This document shows positions 1-8,487 of a stretch of DNA of 10,934 bases, one piece after another (the first letter of the stretch is position 1; each line of letters starts with the position of its first letter). The stretch is from a virus (taxonomy: Duplodnaviria > Heunggongvirae > Uroviricota > Caudoviricetes): the IMG/VR virus record IMGVR_UViG_2531839179_000025, positions 1-10,934 of that record. One strand, written 5' to 3'. A model generated the notes under the pieces. The model had not been told where the DNA came from and ran no database searches. It saw only the letters and a list, made by a program, of their open reading frames with translations. The position numbers were made by a program, and so were the translations under genes.

Positions 1-1032
1 ATGCCGATCATAGCACCAATTTCCCGTGACGAACGACGCCTGATGCAGAAAGCCATCCATAAAACACACGATAAAAATTATGCCCGCAGACTGACTGCCA
101 TGCTGATGCTGCACCGGGGCGACCGTGTCAGCGACGTTGCCAGAACGCTCTGCTGCGCCCGTTCCTCTGTTGGACGCTGGATTAACTGGTTCACGCAGTC
201 GGGTGTTGAGGGACTGAAATCATTACCTGCCGGGCGTGCCCGTCGCTGGCCGTTTGAGCATATCTGCACACTGTTACGTGAGCTGGTAAAACATTCTCCC
301 GGCGACTTTGGCTACCAGCGTTCACGCTGGAGTACAGAACTGCTGGCAATAAAAATCAATGAGATAACCGGTTGCCAGTTAAATGCCGGAACCGTTCGCC
401 GCTGGTTGCCGTCTGCGGGGATTGTGTGGCGAAGGGCTGCGCCAACTCTGCGTATCCGTGACCCGCATAAAGATGAAAAGATGGCAGCAATCCATAAAGC
501 ACTGGACGAATGCAGCGCAGAGCATCCGGTCTTTTATGAAGATGAAGTGGATATCCATCTTCATCCCAAAATCGGTGCGGACTGGCAACTGCGCGGACAG
601 CAAAAACGGGTGGTCACGCCGGGACAGAATGAAAAATATTATCTGGCCGGAGCGCTGCACAGCGGGACAGGTAAAGTCAGCTATGTGGGCGGCAACAGCA
701 AAAGTTCGGCGCTGTTCATCAGCCTGCTGAAGCGGCTTAAAGCGACATACCGTCGGGCGAAAACCATCACGCTGATCGTGGACAACTACATTATCCACAA
801 AAGCCGGGAAACACAGAGCTGGCTGAAGGAGAACCCGAAGTTCAGGGTCATTTATCAGCCGGTTTACTCGCCATGGGTGAATCATGTTGAACGGCTATGG
901 CAGGCACTTCACGACACAATAACGCGTAATCATCAGTGCCGCTCAATGTGGCAACTGTTGAAAAAAGTTCGCCATTTTATGGAAACCGTCAGCCCATTCC
1001 CCGGAGGCAAACATGGACTGGCAAAAGTGTAG
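1..1032 (+). CDS. IS630 transposase (DDE, Tc1/mariner superfamily)
   Basis: 343-aa ORF starting MPIIAPISRDERRLMQKAIHK and ending PFPGGKHGLAKV, recognised from memory as the IS630 transposase. The window begins exactly at its ATG, so upstream signals are not visible. Confidence 0.9.
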   Translation: MPIIAPISRDERRLMQKAIHKTHDKNYARRLTAMLMLHRGDRVSDVARTLCCARSSVGRWINWFTQSGVEGLKSLPAGRARRWPFEHICTLLRELVKHSPGDFGYQRSRWSTELLAIKINEITGCQLNAGTVRRWLPSAGIVWRRAAPTLRIRDPHKDEKMAAIHKALDECSAEHPVFYEDEVDIHLHPKIGADWQLRGQQKRVVTPGQNEKYYLAGALHSGTGKVSYVGGNSKSSALFISLLKRLKATYRRAKTITLIVDNYIIHKSRETQSWLKENPKFRVIYQPVYSPWVNHVERLWQALHDTITRNHQCRSMWQLLKKVRHFMETVSPFPGGKHGLAKV

Positions 1033-1052
1033 CGGTATTAAGCGCAGCTATT
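1..1052 (+). mobile_element. IS630-family insertion sequence, partial (left end lies outside the window; right end approximate)
   Basis: Contains the complete 343-aa transposase ORF that I recognise as IS630 Tc1/mariner-like transposase. The element must end within about 25 bp after the stop at 1030-1032. The exact right inverted repeat and TA target duplication could not be resolved by eye. Confidence 0.8.
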
Positions 1053-1380
1053 TAGCATCAAAATCAGAACCGAGATTAACGGTCACGTAGCCACGCTTCA
1101 TGGCGTCGCCCGGGAAGTTCTTGCCACTCCCCACCTGGCGAACCATGTCCGGCTGCGAAGTGGTCGGATAAGGGCGCACGTAGATCCCCTTCACCTTGTC
1201 TGCGGTATCACCATCTGCCAGCGGCACGAAAAAACCGTCATCATCGTATTTACCAGCCAGGCCATAGGCAGCAAAGGCGTTATCGGATTTAAGGACCACC
1301 GGTTCGACGGTTAAGTCCTGCGGGCGAGAAACAGCCCCGGCAATGCCAACAGGCATCCGGTACAGAAATACATTATTCAT
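1048..1380 (-). CDS. Phage head structural protein, probably an N-terminal fragment truncated by the IS630 insertion
   Basis: 110-aa ORF with RBS AAGGG 8-12 nt upstream of the ATG at 1380 and a start 3 nt after the stop of the upstream gene (translational coupling in the head operon). Its stop codon lies at the IS630 junction, and the position after a scaffold-like gene is where a major capsid gene (usually over 300 aa) is expected. Confidence 0.45.
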   Translation of the reverse strand: MNNVFLYRMPVGIAGAVSRPQDLTVEPVVLKSDNAFAAYGLAGKYDDDGFFVPLADGDTADKVKGIYVRPYPTTSQPDMVRQVGSGKNFPGDAMKRGYVTVNLGSDFDAK

Positions 1381-1383
1381 TTT

Positions 1384-2505
1384 TTACCCTTTACGGTTTG
1401 CCCAGAATTCAGCGTTTTGTTTGTTCAGGGAAGCGATACTGGTCATGCCCATGTTTGGGCGCTGTGCATCACCGACTATCTGGCGAACCAGCGTTTTGTC
1501 AGCGGAAGCCAGAACCTCGCGTTTGAACGCGGTCGGTTTCATCTTACGGCTCAGATCGATACCCGGAACGATAACTTCGGCACGCCAGGCTGAGTCACCA
1601 GTAATCGTGGTTTCCTCTTCATCGTCCTCGCCGTCACCGGTCGGATTAGCGTCAGGTTTATTATCGTTATCGCCCGTGGCATTTCCTTCCAGCTTAGCCA
1701 GCAGGGCTTTCAGTAATGTTTTGAGGTCATCATCACTGTCGCCGGTTGGACCTCCGCCCATCTCTGGTGCTTTGTCCGGTAGCGGTTGCTGCGGGGACAG
1801 GTTGATGTTGAGATTAACGCCCTGCGGCAAATCCCCCTCATCTCCTGTAACCGATGCGGGAGCCGACTCCACCAGTTCGTTCATGGTGTCAGCGTCACCC
1901 GTTTTGATGGCCGTGCGCATGCGGGTCCACCAGCTTTTCTTTTGATTTGCCATTGTGTCTCTGTCTCCAATTGCACAACGATTTCCGGCTCTGCCTTTAG
2001 GGACAAGAGCCACATGGTTTCCGGTAATATCGACCTGCTCGGCTTTACCTGGCTCGGTCTGCTCGTACTCCGCGTCATAGCCGCACGACACTTCGCGCAG
2101 GCCATCTTCGATAAGCTGAATGGCGCTTTCGTCTTTGACGATAAGGTCAGCCAGCATCAAATCAGACTGCTCACCCGTCCCGCGCCGGACATTCTGGAGG
2201 TGCCCGACAGCAAGCTCTTTCCAGTTCTCGGGATTTACCAGCCGCACATTCCCGTTTTCATCTTCAGGATGCAGGATCGTGATGCTCATCCCTTCGAATG
2301 AGGCAAGCGTGGCCGGATGGAATACCTGCTCAGGAGAACGCGTGACGACTATTTCACCGAACTTATCGGGTTTCAGTTTTGGCAGGTCATCAGCACCATA
2401 GAGCTGCTTACCTGTTCGTCCTATCGGCACGTCTTTGCACAGCAACGAGCCGTCAGCCAGGCGGTATCGGGTTTCCCCGAGCCTGGTCTCAAAAAAGTAT
2501 TTCAT
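1384..2505 (-). CDS. Phage head scaffold / prohead-core-like protein (DUF2213-like) with an acidic TGD-repeat linker
   Basis: 373-aa ORF placed between the head-morphogenesis gene and the capsid-position gene, starting 3 nt after the upstream stop. It has a central low-complexity acidic segment with repeated TGD/GD motifs, typical of scaffold-like proteins. Family assignment is from memory, not from a search. Confidence 0.6.
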   Translation of the reverse strand: MKYFFETRLGETRYRLADGSLLCKDVPIGRTGKQLYGADDLPKLKPDKFGEIVVTRSPEQVFHPATLASFEGMSITILHPEDENGNVRLVNPENWKELAVGHLQNVRRGTGEQSDLMLADLIVKDESAIQLIEDGLREVSCGYDAEYEQTEPGKAEQVDITGNHVALVPKGRAGNRCAIGDRDTMANQKKSWWTRMRTAIKTGDADTMNELVESAPASVTGDEGDLPQGVNLNINLSPQQPLPDKAPEMGGGPTGDSDDDLKTLLKALLAKLEGNATGDNDNKPDANPTGDGEDDEEETTITGDSAWRAEVIVPGIDLSRKMKPTAFKREVLASADKTLVRQIVGDAQRPNMGMTSIASLNKQNAEFWANRKG

Positions 2506-2508
2506 GGG

Positions 2509-3291
2509 TTATGCTGCCCTTTTCATTGCGAATGGAACGCGAACAAACACGATCTCTTTATAGCAGCGGCAGTTTGGCAGCTCGCCCGCGTGGCCGGTCA
2601 TGCCGTCCAAAGTTGGAGGTGAATCCCAGCGGACGAATTTACCTTTCATGTGATCGTGGGAATCTCGGACATCGCCATCATCGGCTGTACGCCAAATATA
2701 ACCATCCGAGCCAATAGCTATCGCTCGGGCCATATCCAGCGCGCCCGTTGCTCTTCCCAGTTCCGTTCGGGCAATCAGATCGGCCCTAGACTTAGCAACA
2801 TCGCCGGTAGATGCAATCTCTTTAGCAAACTGCTCCGCCCGACCACCGGTGACAACAGCCTCTATCGCTTTGTTCTGGATGTCGTACACCCTGTCTGCGG
2901 CCTCGAGAGGCAGAGATTTGATGTACTTGACCTGTTCGGCGATGATGGATTGCATCACCTGGCCCACAGGAGCGCTTTCCACAAGATTGCGGAGCTCGCG
3001 ACTGATGTTCTTGCTGTGTTGCCGCCAAACTTTCTCGTTCTGCCGGGTTAGGTCCGCAGTAAAGTTTTCCGCGACCTTTGTCGCCCAGGGGGTGATGATT
3101 TCACTGTAACGCTCCAGCGCCGCAATAATTTCCGTGATACTGTCATTTGAACCATCGTAGCGACCATTTACGATGTCTCCGACCGCCCTCGCTATCCTGC
3201 GTAGGCTGGTTCGATACCGGATTTCCGCCTGACGGCTCCTGCGGTTCGTCATCAGGTTCGCCGATGCCGGGCGGCGCTTCATCTTCGGCAT
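2509..3291 (-). CDS. Phage head morphogenesis protein (SPP1 gp7 / Mu gpF-like family)
   Basis: 260-aa ORF immediately downstream of the portal gene; the C-terminal region ending CRCYKEIVFVRVPF resembles the Mu F-like minor head protein family. The start is uncertain: the longest ORF overlaps the portal 3' end by 149 nt, and internal Met codons exist (for example at 3252). Confidence 0.7.
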   Translation of the reverse strand: MPKMKRRPASANLMTNRRSRQAEIRYRTSLRRIARAVGDIVNGRYDGSNDSITEIIAALERYSEIITPWATKVAENFTADLTRQNEKVWRQHSKNISRELRNLVESAPVGQVMQSIIAEQVKYIKSLPLEAADRVYDIQNKAIEAVVTGGRAEQFAKEIASTGDVAKSRADLIARTELGRATGALDMARAIAIGSDGYIWRTADDGDVRDSHDHMKGKFVRWDSPPTLDGMTGHAGELPNCRCYKEIVFVRVPFAMKRAA

Positions 3292-4609
3292 TCTCGATGT
3301 CCTCGTCGGTAATGGATGCCCCGATGCCGGTTACGTCAGAATTTTCTCGCAAATCAGTCATAGCGGCTTTCAGTGTCATCAGACCATCACCCAGCGCCGT
3401 ACTGATTGCGTTGGTGGTGTTTAACGCCACCGTTGAGCGATCGACATCAGACATTTGCCAGAGCGGGTTAAACTCAAACGTGAAATCGTCCGGCAGCGGC
3501 TTGCCAAGTTCCGAACGATGCATGATGTCCAGTATCCGCCGCACCGGAAGACGTAAACGCCTCTCCTGCAACGAACTGATGCGATCGTAATAGTTGGCAA
3601 GGTCTGCATCACCGGTAGAAAATCCTTTCGGGGACTGTCCGAACAACCGCACCAGTGGGATACCAACAGCGCCACTAATCTGTTCTGCAAACTGCGAAAG
3701 GATGTCATCCAGACCACTGAAGCTGTACTGATGGGTTTCAAACTTATCCCGCGAGTCCATGAGCGTCATGCCTTCATTACTCTGGAACTGTCGAATCAGG
3801 TCGATATTCTTCAGCAACGCTTCATACGCAGGACCACCAAGTGCGATAAGCTCGCGTAGCTTCTCCACGCTGTAGGTACGCAAATGCGCCTTGTAGACCA
3901 GCTGCGCCGCGCCGACAGTAGCGCTGTCGAACGCGGTAAGACGATCCCAGATACGCTCTACAACCGACATTCCCCATTCGTTCTCGGTCATCTTCTGCTG
4001 AAATGGCAACGTGACGCCATCAAAGCGAATCAGGCGACTGTGATGAATGCGCCAGGCAGGAATTCCCGTTGCTGTGGTCACCACATCGTAAAACTCAGGT
4101 TTACCCAGGTCCGGCCCCATATCTTTAATGCGGCGGGTCAGTGCCGGGTCGACCATCCAGCGGTCGAGCGGGAGAATCCCCTTAAACTTGCCCTTACCGA
4201 TGGTTTCGGGTCGCAGCGGGGTCATTGGTGCCTGCCCCTCAATCATGATGAAACCCACCGCGCCGCCGTAGAGGCGCGACCATTTCAGCACGTCATTCAG
4301 CGCATCCCAGATTTGCAACTCATCCAGTTGTGATTCGAGAATGCCACGATCTTTTGCATCAATTTCCGAAGTGATGCGAATGCCTTTGCGGGTCATATCA
4401 TCCGGGATAGCATCGACTGCTTCGCCGATGATCCAAGATGAACGATAGGACCATTCCACCAGCATGCGGTTACGGCTGGTGAAATTAGCCCGGTAGGTGG
4501 ATGCTGAGTGCTGGTTAGGTGTCTGCATCCCTACGCGGGCAATAAAATTCTCATAACCATCAGCTGTGGCCTGCACAGTTCGCCGCAGGGCTTGTTTGTT
4601 TCGTGCCAT
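3143..4609 (-). CDS. Phage portal protein (DUF1073-type)
   Basis: 488-aa ORF directly downstream of the large terminase, with its ATG overlapping the terminase stop (TGATG at 4607-4611). Size, position and an acidic C-terminal tail fit a portal protein. Confidence 0.8.
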   Translation of the reverse strand: MARNKQALRRTVQATADGYENFIARVGMQTPNQHSASTYRANFTSRNRMLVEWSYRSSWIIGEAVDAIPDDMTRKGIRITSEIDAKDRGILESQLDELQIWDALNDVLKWSRLYGGAVGFIMIEGQAPMTPLRPETIGKGKFKGILPLDRWMVDPALTRRIKDMGPDLGKPEFYDVVTTATGIPAWRIHHSRLIRFDGVTLPFQQKMTENEWGMSVVERIWDRLTAFDSATVGAAQLVYKAHLRTYSVEKLRELIALGGPAYEALLKNIDLIRQFQSNEGMTLMDSRDKFETHQYSFSGLDDILSQFAEQISGAVGIPLVRLFGQSPKGFSTGDADLANYYDRISSLQERRLRLPVRRILDIMHRSELGKPLPDDFTFEFNPLWQMSDVDRSTVALNTTNAISTALGDGLMTLKAAMTDLRENSDVTGIGASITDEDIENAEDEAPPGIGEPDDEPQEPSGGNPVSNQPTQDSEGGRRHRKWSLRWFK

Positions 4610-6030
4610 CAGGCCTGTCTCCCCAGCTGTTCCCAGATATCCAGCGATGTATCGATTGGCGCGAAGGCCATAATGAATGCATCAGCAACGTTTGGTGACG
4701 GTATCTCGCGTTTTGCGAGGTCTTTTTTACTTTCGACCATCACACGTCCGTTACGGTCGAAATCACGATGAGGTGTTGTCAGTTCCAGTTTCAGCTTTTC
4801 AAGCAACGGACAACGAGAATCTATGCTGATCAGCTCATCCACAGGATACTGTTCTCCGTTGTTAATGGCGTTAAACGTATTTCTGAAACGGTCAGCCACC
4901 AGCCACCATGCCTGAGCCTTAAGATTTGCGAAAAAGTCTTTGTTGGGGATGCCGTTGTACTCGTCATCTGGCTCATGCACACCAGCACCGGCGTTAAACC
5001 TCTGGTAATTCACACGTCGCGCGTATGCGTTCTCGCTCTTCCGGTCAGCGTTAATTTCAGAGAATTTAGCACCGGCAGACGCACCAACACCGATAGAGTC
5101 GTAAACAATATCTGCTTCACGCTCCAGCGCCGCCTGATAAGTACGCTGGCAGCTCTTCAGTAATTCATCTTCTTTGGCCTTCCATTCGTCGGCCCAGAAA
5201 ACAACGGATCCGTGACGGTAAACGTTAGCGCACTTATCTGTACCACTGTCAGCCACGTCAAAGCCAATACGCTTTCTTCCACTGGGTTCGAAATTTAACG
5301 TTTTGTGCGCATCCACTGCGGCTTCTATCCAAGACAGTTTGATGATTGCCGCATCATCATCAGACTCCGGAACGCCCTCATACACATGTTTAAAACCATC
5401 CGGATCACGGCGTCGCGCCGCGTCGATAACCTTAAGCATGGTGTCAGACAGAAACGGATTTTCGTCATAGTTAATTTTGCGGATGAGAGTGCCTTCGGGC
5501 GGATCAACAACGAAGTTGCGCCAGACGAAATCAGTAACAAGTCCGGGGTTGAATATGAACCAGCATTCCGAACCCTCTTTACGGATCGTTGGCTCCAGAA
5601 TTTTCCACTGGTATTCCGTCAGTGCGTGGGCTTCTTCCAGCCACAACACATCGATCCCCTCCAGTGACTTAATTTCTTCGATGTTGCGCCATAATCCATA
5701 AAAAACAAATTCCGAGCCAGTAACCCGGTTTATGATTTTGTTGTTCAGAATACGGAAACGGTGCCGCAGACCAAACCTGTCTATCTGAATTTTGAGCAGG
5801 GTATACACCGACTCTTCGATTTTATTCTGGATCTGACGGGCACAACAAAAACGCAGGGTGTATTTATTCGACAGAAATATGGCAATGCCAGCGGCATCCC
5901 ATGATTTTGACGATGACCGACCACCATAAAGCACTTTGTTACGTGCCCGCATAGTCCAGAAACTACGTAAAGCCGGATTCAGCGTCGGTTTGGATGTCAG
6001 AGTAGAAGTCATTGAGGTCACGCTCTCCAT
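4609..6030 (-). CDS. Phage terminase large subunit (PBSX / Terminase_3-like, headful type)
   Basis: Long ORF with an ATPase-like N-terminal region (YGGRSSSKSWD Walker-A-like; VLWLEEAH Walker-B-like) and a nuclease-like C-terminal half. The start is set at the ATG at 6030 (MESVTSMTSTL); the ORF track extends to 6120 and an alternative ATG is at 6012. Confidence 0.85.
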   Translation of the reverse strand: MESVTSMTSTLTSKPTLNPALRSFWTMRARNKVLYGGRSSSKSWDAAGIAIFLSNKYTLRFCCARQIQNKIEESVYTLLKIQIDRFGLRHRFRILNNKIINRVTGSEFVFYGLWRNIEEIKSLEGIDVLWLEEAHALTEYQWKILEPTIRKEGSECWFIFNPGLVTDFVWRNFVVDPPEGTLIRKINYDENPFLSDTMLKVIDAARRRDPDGFKHVYEGVPESDDDAAIIKLSWIEAAVDAHKTLNFEPSGRKRIGFDVADSGTDKCANVYRHGSVVFWADEWKAKEDELLKSCQRTYQAALEREADIVYDSIGVGASAGAKFSEINADRKSENAYARRVNYQRFNAGAGVHEPDDEYNGIPNKDFFANLKAQAWWLVADRFRNTFNAINNGEQYPVDELISIDSRCPLLEKLKLELTTPHRDFDRNGRVMVESKKDLAKREIPSPNVADAFIMAFAPIDTSLDIWEQLGRQA

Positions 6031-6727
6031 TGCCATCATCAATACCTGCATCACGGCGAAGACGATCAGCCTCCAGAGACACCTTATCAGTGGCGGCCTT
6101 GCGGTAGGCTGTATCAGCAAATATTTTTCCTACCGTCGCAAGCGTGCCAACGATGGACTCAATACGAACTGTATTGCGCATCATTGCTTTCTCGGCGGCG
6201 CTGATATTTTCAATCAGCATCTTCCTTTCCTGGTCCCCATTAGCATCTTCCAGCGACACCAACCACCGGCCAATATTCTCTGCAGCGACAAGGTTGTTAG
6301 CACGAAGGCGAAATAATTCGTCCTCGAGCGTCAACGCTTTAGCGTCCTCTATCACCTCATCTTTGAGCAGAAGGCGACGGGCATAACCACCGTGTTTTAA
6401 TGCCTGCTGGTTACCGGGTTGGAATGGGTTAGTCGGGGGATCGGTACGCATTCCGCGTATCGGTTTCGTATCCGGTGTAGATTCTGTTTTTAGTTGCGTA
6501 CTTTTTTGTGTAAGGCCAGTAATGGCAGGCTTTCTGCTGGTACGCACTTTCCTTTTTTGCGTACCATTTTTGCAAACCTGCGTACCGCCACTGCGTGCCC
6601 AACCAAGCTTTTTGGCCCTCTTCCTGATAGCCCCTTCTGTAACGCCGTATTTCTCGCCTATATCACGGAGGCTAAGGACTCCGGCCCGGTATGCCGATTC
6701 GATGGCCTCCCAGTCCGGTTTTGCCAT
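5963..6727 (-). CDS. Phage terminase small subunit (HTH DNA-binding, DNA packaging)
   Basis: 254-aa ORF immediately upstream of and overlapping the large terminase. The N-terminus (LSLRDIGEKYGVTEGAIRKRAKKLGW) looks like a helix-turn-helix typical of small terminase subunits. Confidence 0.7.
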   Translation of the reverse strand: MAKPDWEAIESAYRAGVLSLRDIGEKYGVTEGAIRKRAKKLGWARSGGTQVCKNGTQKRKVRTSRKPAITGLTQKSTQLKTESTPDTKPIRGMRTDPPTNPFQPGNQQALKHGGYARRLLLKDEVIEDAKALTLEDELFRLRANNLVAAENIGRWLVSLEDANGDQERKMLIENISAAEKAMMRNTVRIESIVGTLATVGKIFADTAYRKAATDKVSLEADRLRRDAGIDDGNGERDLNDFYSDIQTDAESGFT

Positions 6728-6841
6728 GATTATGCTTTCTGTGATTTACTGTTATCGCTGCCTGTCACAATAGGTTGCTTTAATTCTTCCTCATCACTCA
6801 CTCCTGCGACGCTCCGTGGCAGGGCCCCCCACAGGAGTACC

Positions 6842-6871
6842 TTGTAAATGTAAGGTGTTTAAGCCTAAATT
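6842..6871 (+). promoter_or_regulatory. Candidate sigma70 promoter for the plus-strand membrane-protein gene
   Basis: TTGTAA (6842-6847), 18-nt spacer, TAAATT (6866-6871), about 55 nt upstream of the ATG at 6925. Sequence match only. Confidence 0.25.
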
Positions 6872-6924
6872 AAGTCGTATCACGGTTAAATAGCAAAGAA
6901 AAATTCACAGAAGGAAAGACATTG

Positions 6925-7434
6925 ATGGAGTGGATAAATGCTTTGATGAACTATTTTGTACTTCATCCATATCGCCTATGGGGGCTTCTTTTTATAATAG
7001 CGTTCACAAAATCCACTTTACTCATTTCGGCGATATTGCCACCAGCATCAATTATGATGGCCACTGTAATTACAGTCAGCAAGACGACTCTTTCACCATG
7101 GGAAGCTGGAATCACGGTCATGAGTGGCGCATGGTGCGGTACTATCGTTAATTACCATCTTGGTATAATAATTGGGCATATCCCTCAACTTGCATGTATA
7201 ATATCGAGCCGTTCCAATACAATAGAACGGGTTCGCCTTCAGTTGCAAAATAACTCTGTGTCAATACTTTTCACTTCGCGCTTTATCGCCGTGCTGCGTT
7301 ATATTGCTCCTTTGGTGGCAGGAATGTTGCAACTTCATCCAGTGAAAGTGTATACAGTGAGTCTGATTTCAGCTGCTAGCTGGTCAGCACTTTATGTTGG
7401 TAGTTTTAGCTTCGTGTTGCCTTTTTTTAGCTAA
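6925..7434 (+). CDS. DedA-family-like (TVP38/SNARE-associated-like) inner membrane protein; moron on the opposite strand
   Basis: 169-aa hydrophobic ORF with RBS AAGGAAAG 6 nt upstream of the ATG at 6925 (the track ORF begins at a TTG at 6922). The C-terminal stretch SRFIAVLRYIAPLVAGMLQLHPVKVYTVSLISAASW resembles the DedA signature (RF..G.R....AG...M....F......A..W). The gene is visibly AT-richer than its flanks and opposes all neighbouring phage genes. Confidence 0.55.
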   Translation: MEWINALMNYFVLHPYRLWGLLFIIAFTKSTLLISAILPPASIMMATVITVSKTTLSPWEAGITVMSGAWCGTIVNYHLGIIIGHIPQLACIISSRSNTIERVRLQLQNNSVSILFTSRFIAVLRYIAPLVAGMLQLHPVKVYTVSLISAASWSALYVGSFSFVLPFFS

Positions 7435-7522
7435 ACTGCCCATAAAAAGCTCTTGCGAATCCAGCTTCCCCCATTCCTCTGACAACAGAATCTGATTTGA
7501 AGGATAATGAGTAAAATTACCG

Positions 7523-7993
7523 CTACCCCCCAAGGCATTGGATCCTGATGTACTCCTGAAGCATTCTCAATGCTGTCTGGTCGCTGATGATTCCGTCCCG
7601 GATACCGAGAACGTTTCGTCCAGCAACTGGAGAGAGTTCGACGGTGGCATCATTGCCCATGCCGGAGGCGCTGGAGGTTTCGGCTGAGGATGGCACAGGG
7701 CATTTTCCTTTGACGAGCACCCAACCACCATTATCAAGCTTGCGCCGAAGAGCATCATTTTCAGCTTTCGCATTGGCTAACTCCTTCGTGTATTTAGCAT
7801 CGAGTGCATCAGCAGCACGCTGGCGCTGCTGCATGTCAGTAATGGTTGCGTTCGCCAGCTTCAGTTCTCTTGCGTTTTTGTCGCGCTGCTCTTTGTAGGT
7901 AATGGCGTTATCACGGTAATGATTAACAGCCCATGACAGGCAGACGATGATGCAGATAACCAGAGCGGAGATAATCGCGGTGACTCTGCTCAT
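7523..7993 (-). CDS. Rz: Rz i-spanin (inner-membrane spanin subunit)
   Basis: 156-aa ORF starting [49 protein letters not shown], very close to lambda/21 Rz, with an N-terminal transmembrane segment. The ATG at 7993 overlaps the endolysin stop. Confidence 0.85.
   Translation of the reverse strand: MSRVTAIISALVICIIVCLSWAVNHYRDNAITYKEQRDKNARELKLANATITDMQQRQRAADALDAKYTKELANAKAENDALRRKLDNGGWVLVKGKCPVPSSAETSSASGMGNDATVELSPVAGRNVLGIRDGIISDQTALRMLQEYIRIQCLGG
7567..7773 (-). CDS. Rz1: Rz1 o-spanin lipoprotein, embedded in the +1 frame of Rz
   Basis: 68-aa [24 protein letters not shown] with a lipobox (VVGC) and a proline-rich segment [11 protein letters not shown], lying wholly inside Rz. A strong RBS (AAGGAG) sits 7 nt upstream of the ATG at 7773. 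Confidence 0.8.
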   Translation of the reverse strand: MRKLKMMLFGASLIMVVGCSSKENALCHPQPKPPAPPAWAMMPPSNSLQLLDETFSVSGTESSATRQH

Positions 7994-8487
7994 TGCTGCC
8001 CCCACAAACAGACTTCACGCTCAATCTCACGACGGGTCATCAGCCCTTTCCATTGCTTACCGCCAGCATATGTCCAGCGACGTAGCTGGTCACATGCGCC
8101 TTTGATATCGCCCTGGTTTATTTTGCGAAGAAGCGTCGATGTTCTGAAATTGCCAGCGCCCACGTTGTAAACGAACGAGTAAAGAGCGCCGCGCGTTGTT
8201 TCCGGTATATCGACTTTGATGTACGGGTTAATTTGTCTGGCGACAGTGGCAAGGTCTTTATTCAGGAGAGCTTTGCATTCTGCTTCGGTATACGTTTTAC
8301 CAGGCATGATGTCTTTTCCGGTGTGTCCGTGACATACAGTCCATACACCAATGATATCTTTGTATGGTATGTAGCTGACACCTTCCAGACCATCGTTACC
8401 ACCTGGGCCAGTGATTAACACAGATGCTATAGCAACAGCCCCGCCACCAATAGCAACTGCAACAGCCTTGCGTAATGATGGCGACAT
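7990..8487 (-). CDS. R: SAR endolysin (phage 21 R-like lysozyme, T4-lysozyme fold)
   Basis: 165-aa ORF with an N-terminal Gly/Ala-rich signal-anchor-release segment ([20 protein letters not shown]) followed by a lysozyme catalytic region ([25 protein letters not shown]). The ATG overlaps the holin stop. Confidence 0.9.
   Translation of the reverse strand: MSPSLRKAVAVAIGGGAVAIASVLITGPGGNDGLEGVSYIPYKDIIGVWTVCHGHTGKDIMPGKTYTEAECKALLNKDLATVARQINPYIKVDIPETTRGALYSFVYNVGAGNFRTSTLLRKINQGDIKGACDQLRRWTYAGGKQWKGLMTRREIEREVCLWGQQ

Noticed and set aside
379-885. 168-aa minus-strand ORF and 115-aa plus-strand ORF (383..730) inside the IS630 transposase gene
   Set aside because: Both lie entirely within, or in another frame of, a well-recognised transposase CDS. 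They have no ribosome-binding site and a biased composition typical of shadow ORFs.
1343-2401. Plus-strand ORFs (1343..1945, 1786..2301, 2120..2401) and the minus-strand ORF 1881..2105 opposite or inside the scaffold-like gene
   Set aside because: They are antisense or out-of-frame shadows of a coupled minus-strand operon. They have Ser/Pro/Arg-rich low-complexity translations and no start signals.
2650-4333. Plus-strand ORFs 2650..3051, 2849..3109, 3147..3590 and 3884..4333, and minus-strand ORFs 2822..3028 and 3421..3741
   Set aside because: All overlap the head-morphogenesis or portal genes in other frames, with no ribosome-binding sites and implausible composition.
4768-5701. Plus-strand ORFs within the large terminase gene (4768..5163, 5305..5667, 5477..5701)
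   Set aside because: Antisense shadow ORFs inside a confidently assigned CDS.
6494-6847. Plus-strand ORFs 6494..6847 and 6522..6773 opposite the small terminase gene
   Set aside because: They are antisense to terS and extend into its upstream region, with no RBS. The real plus-strand gene begins only at 6925.
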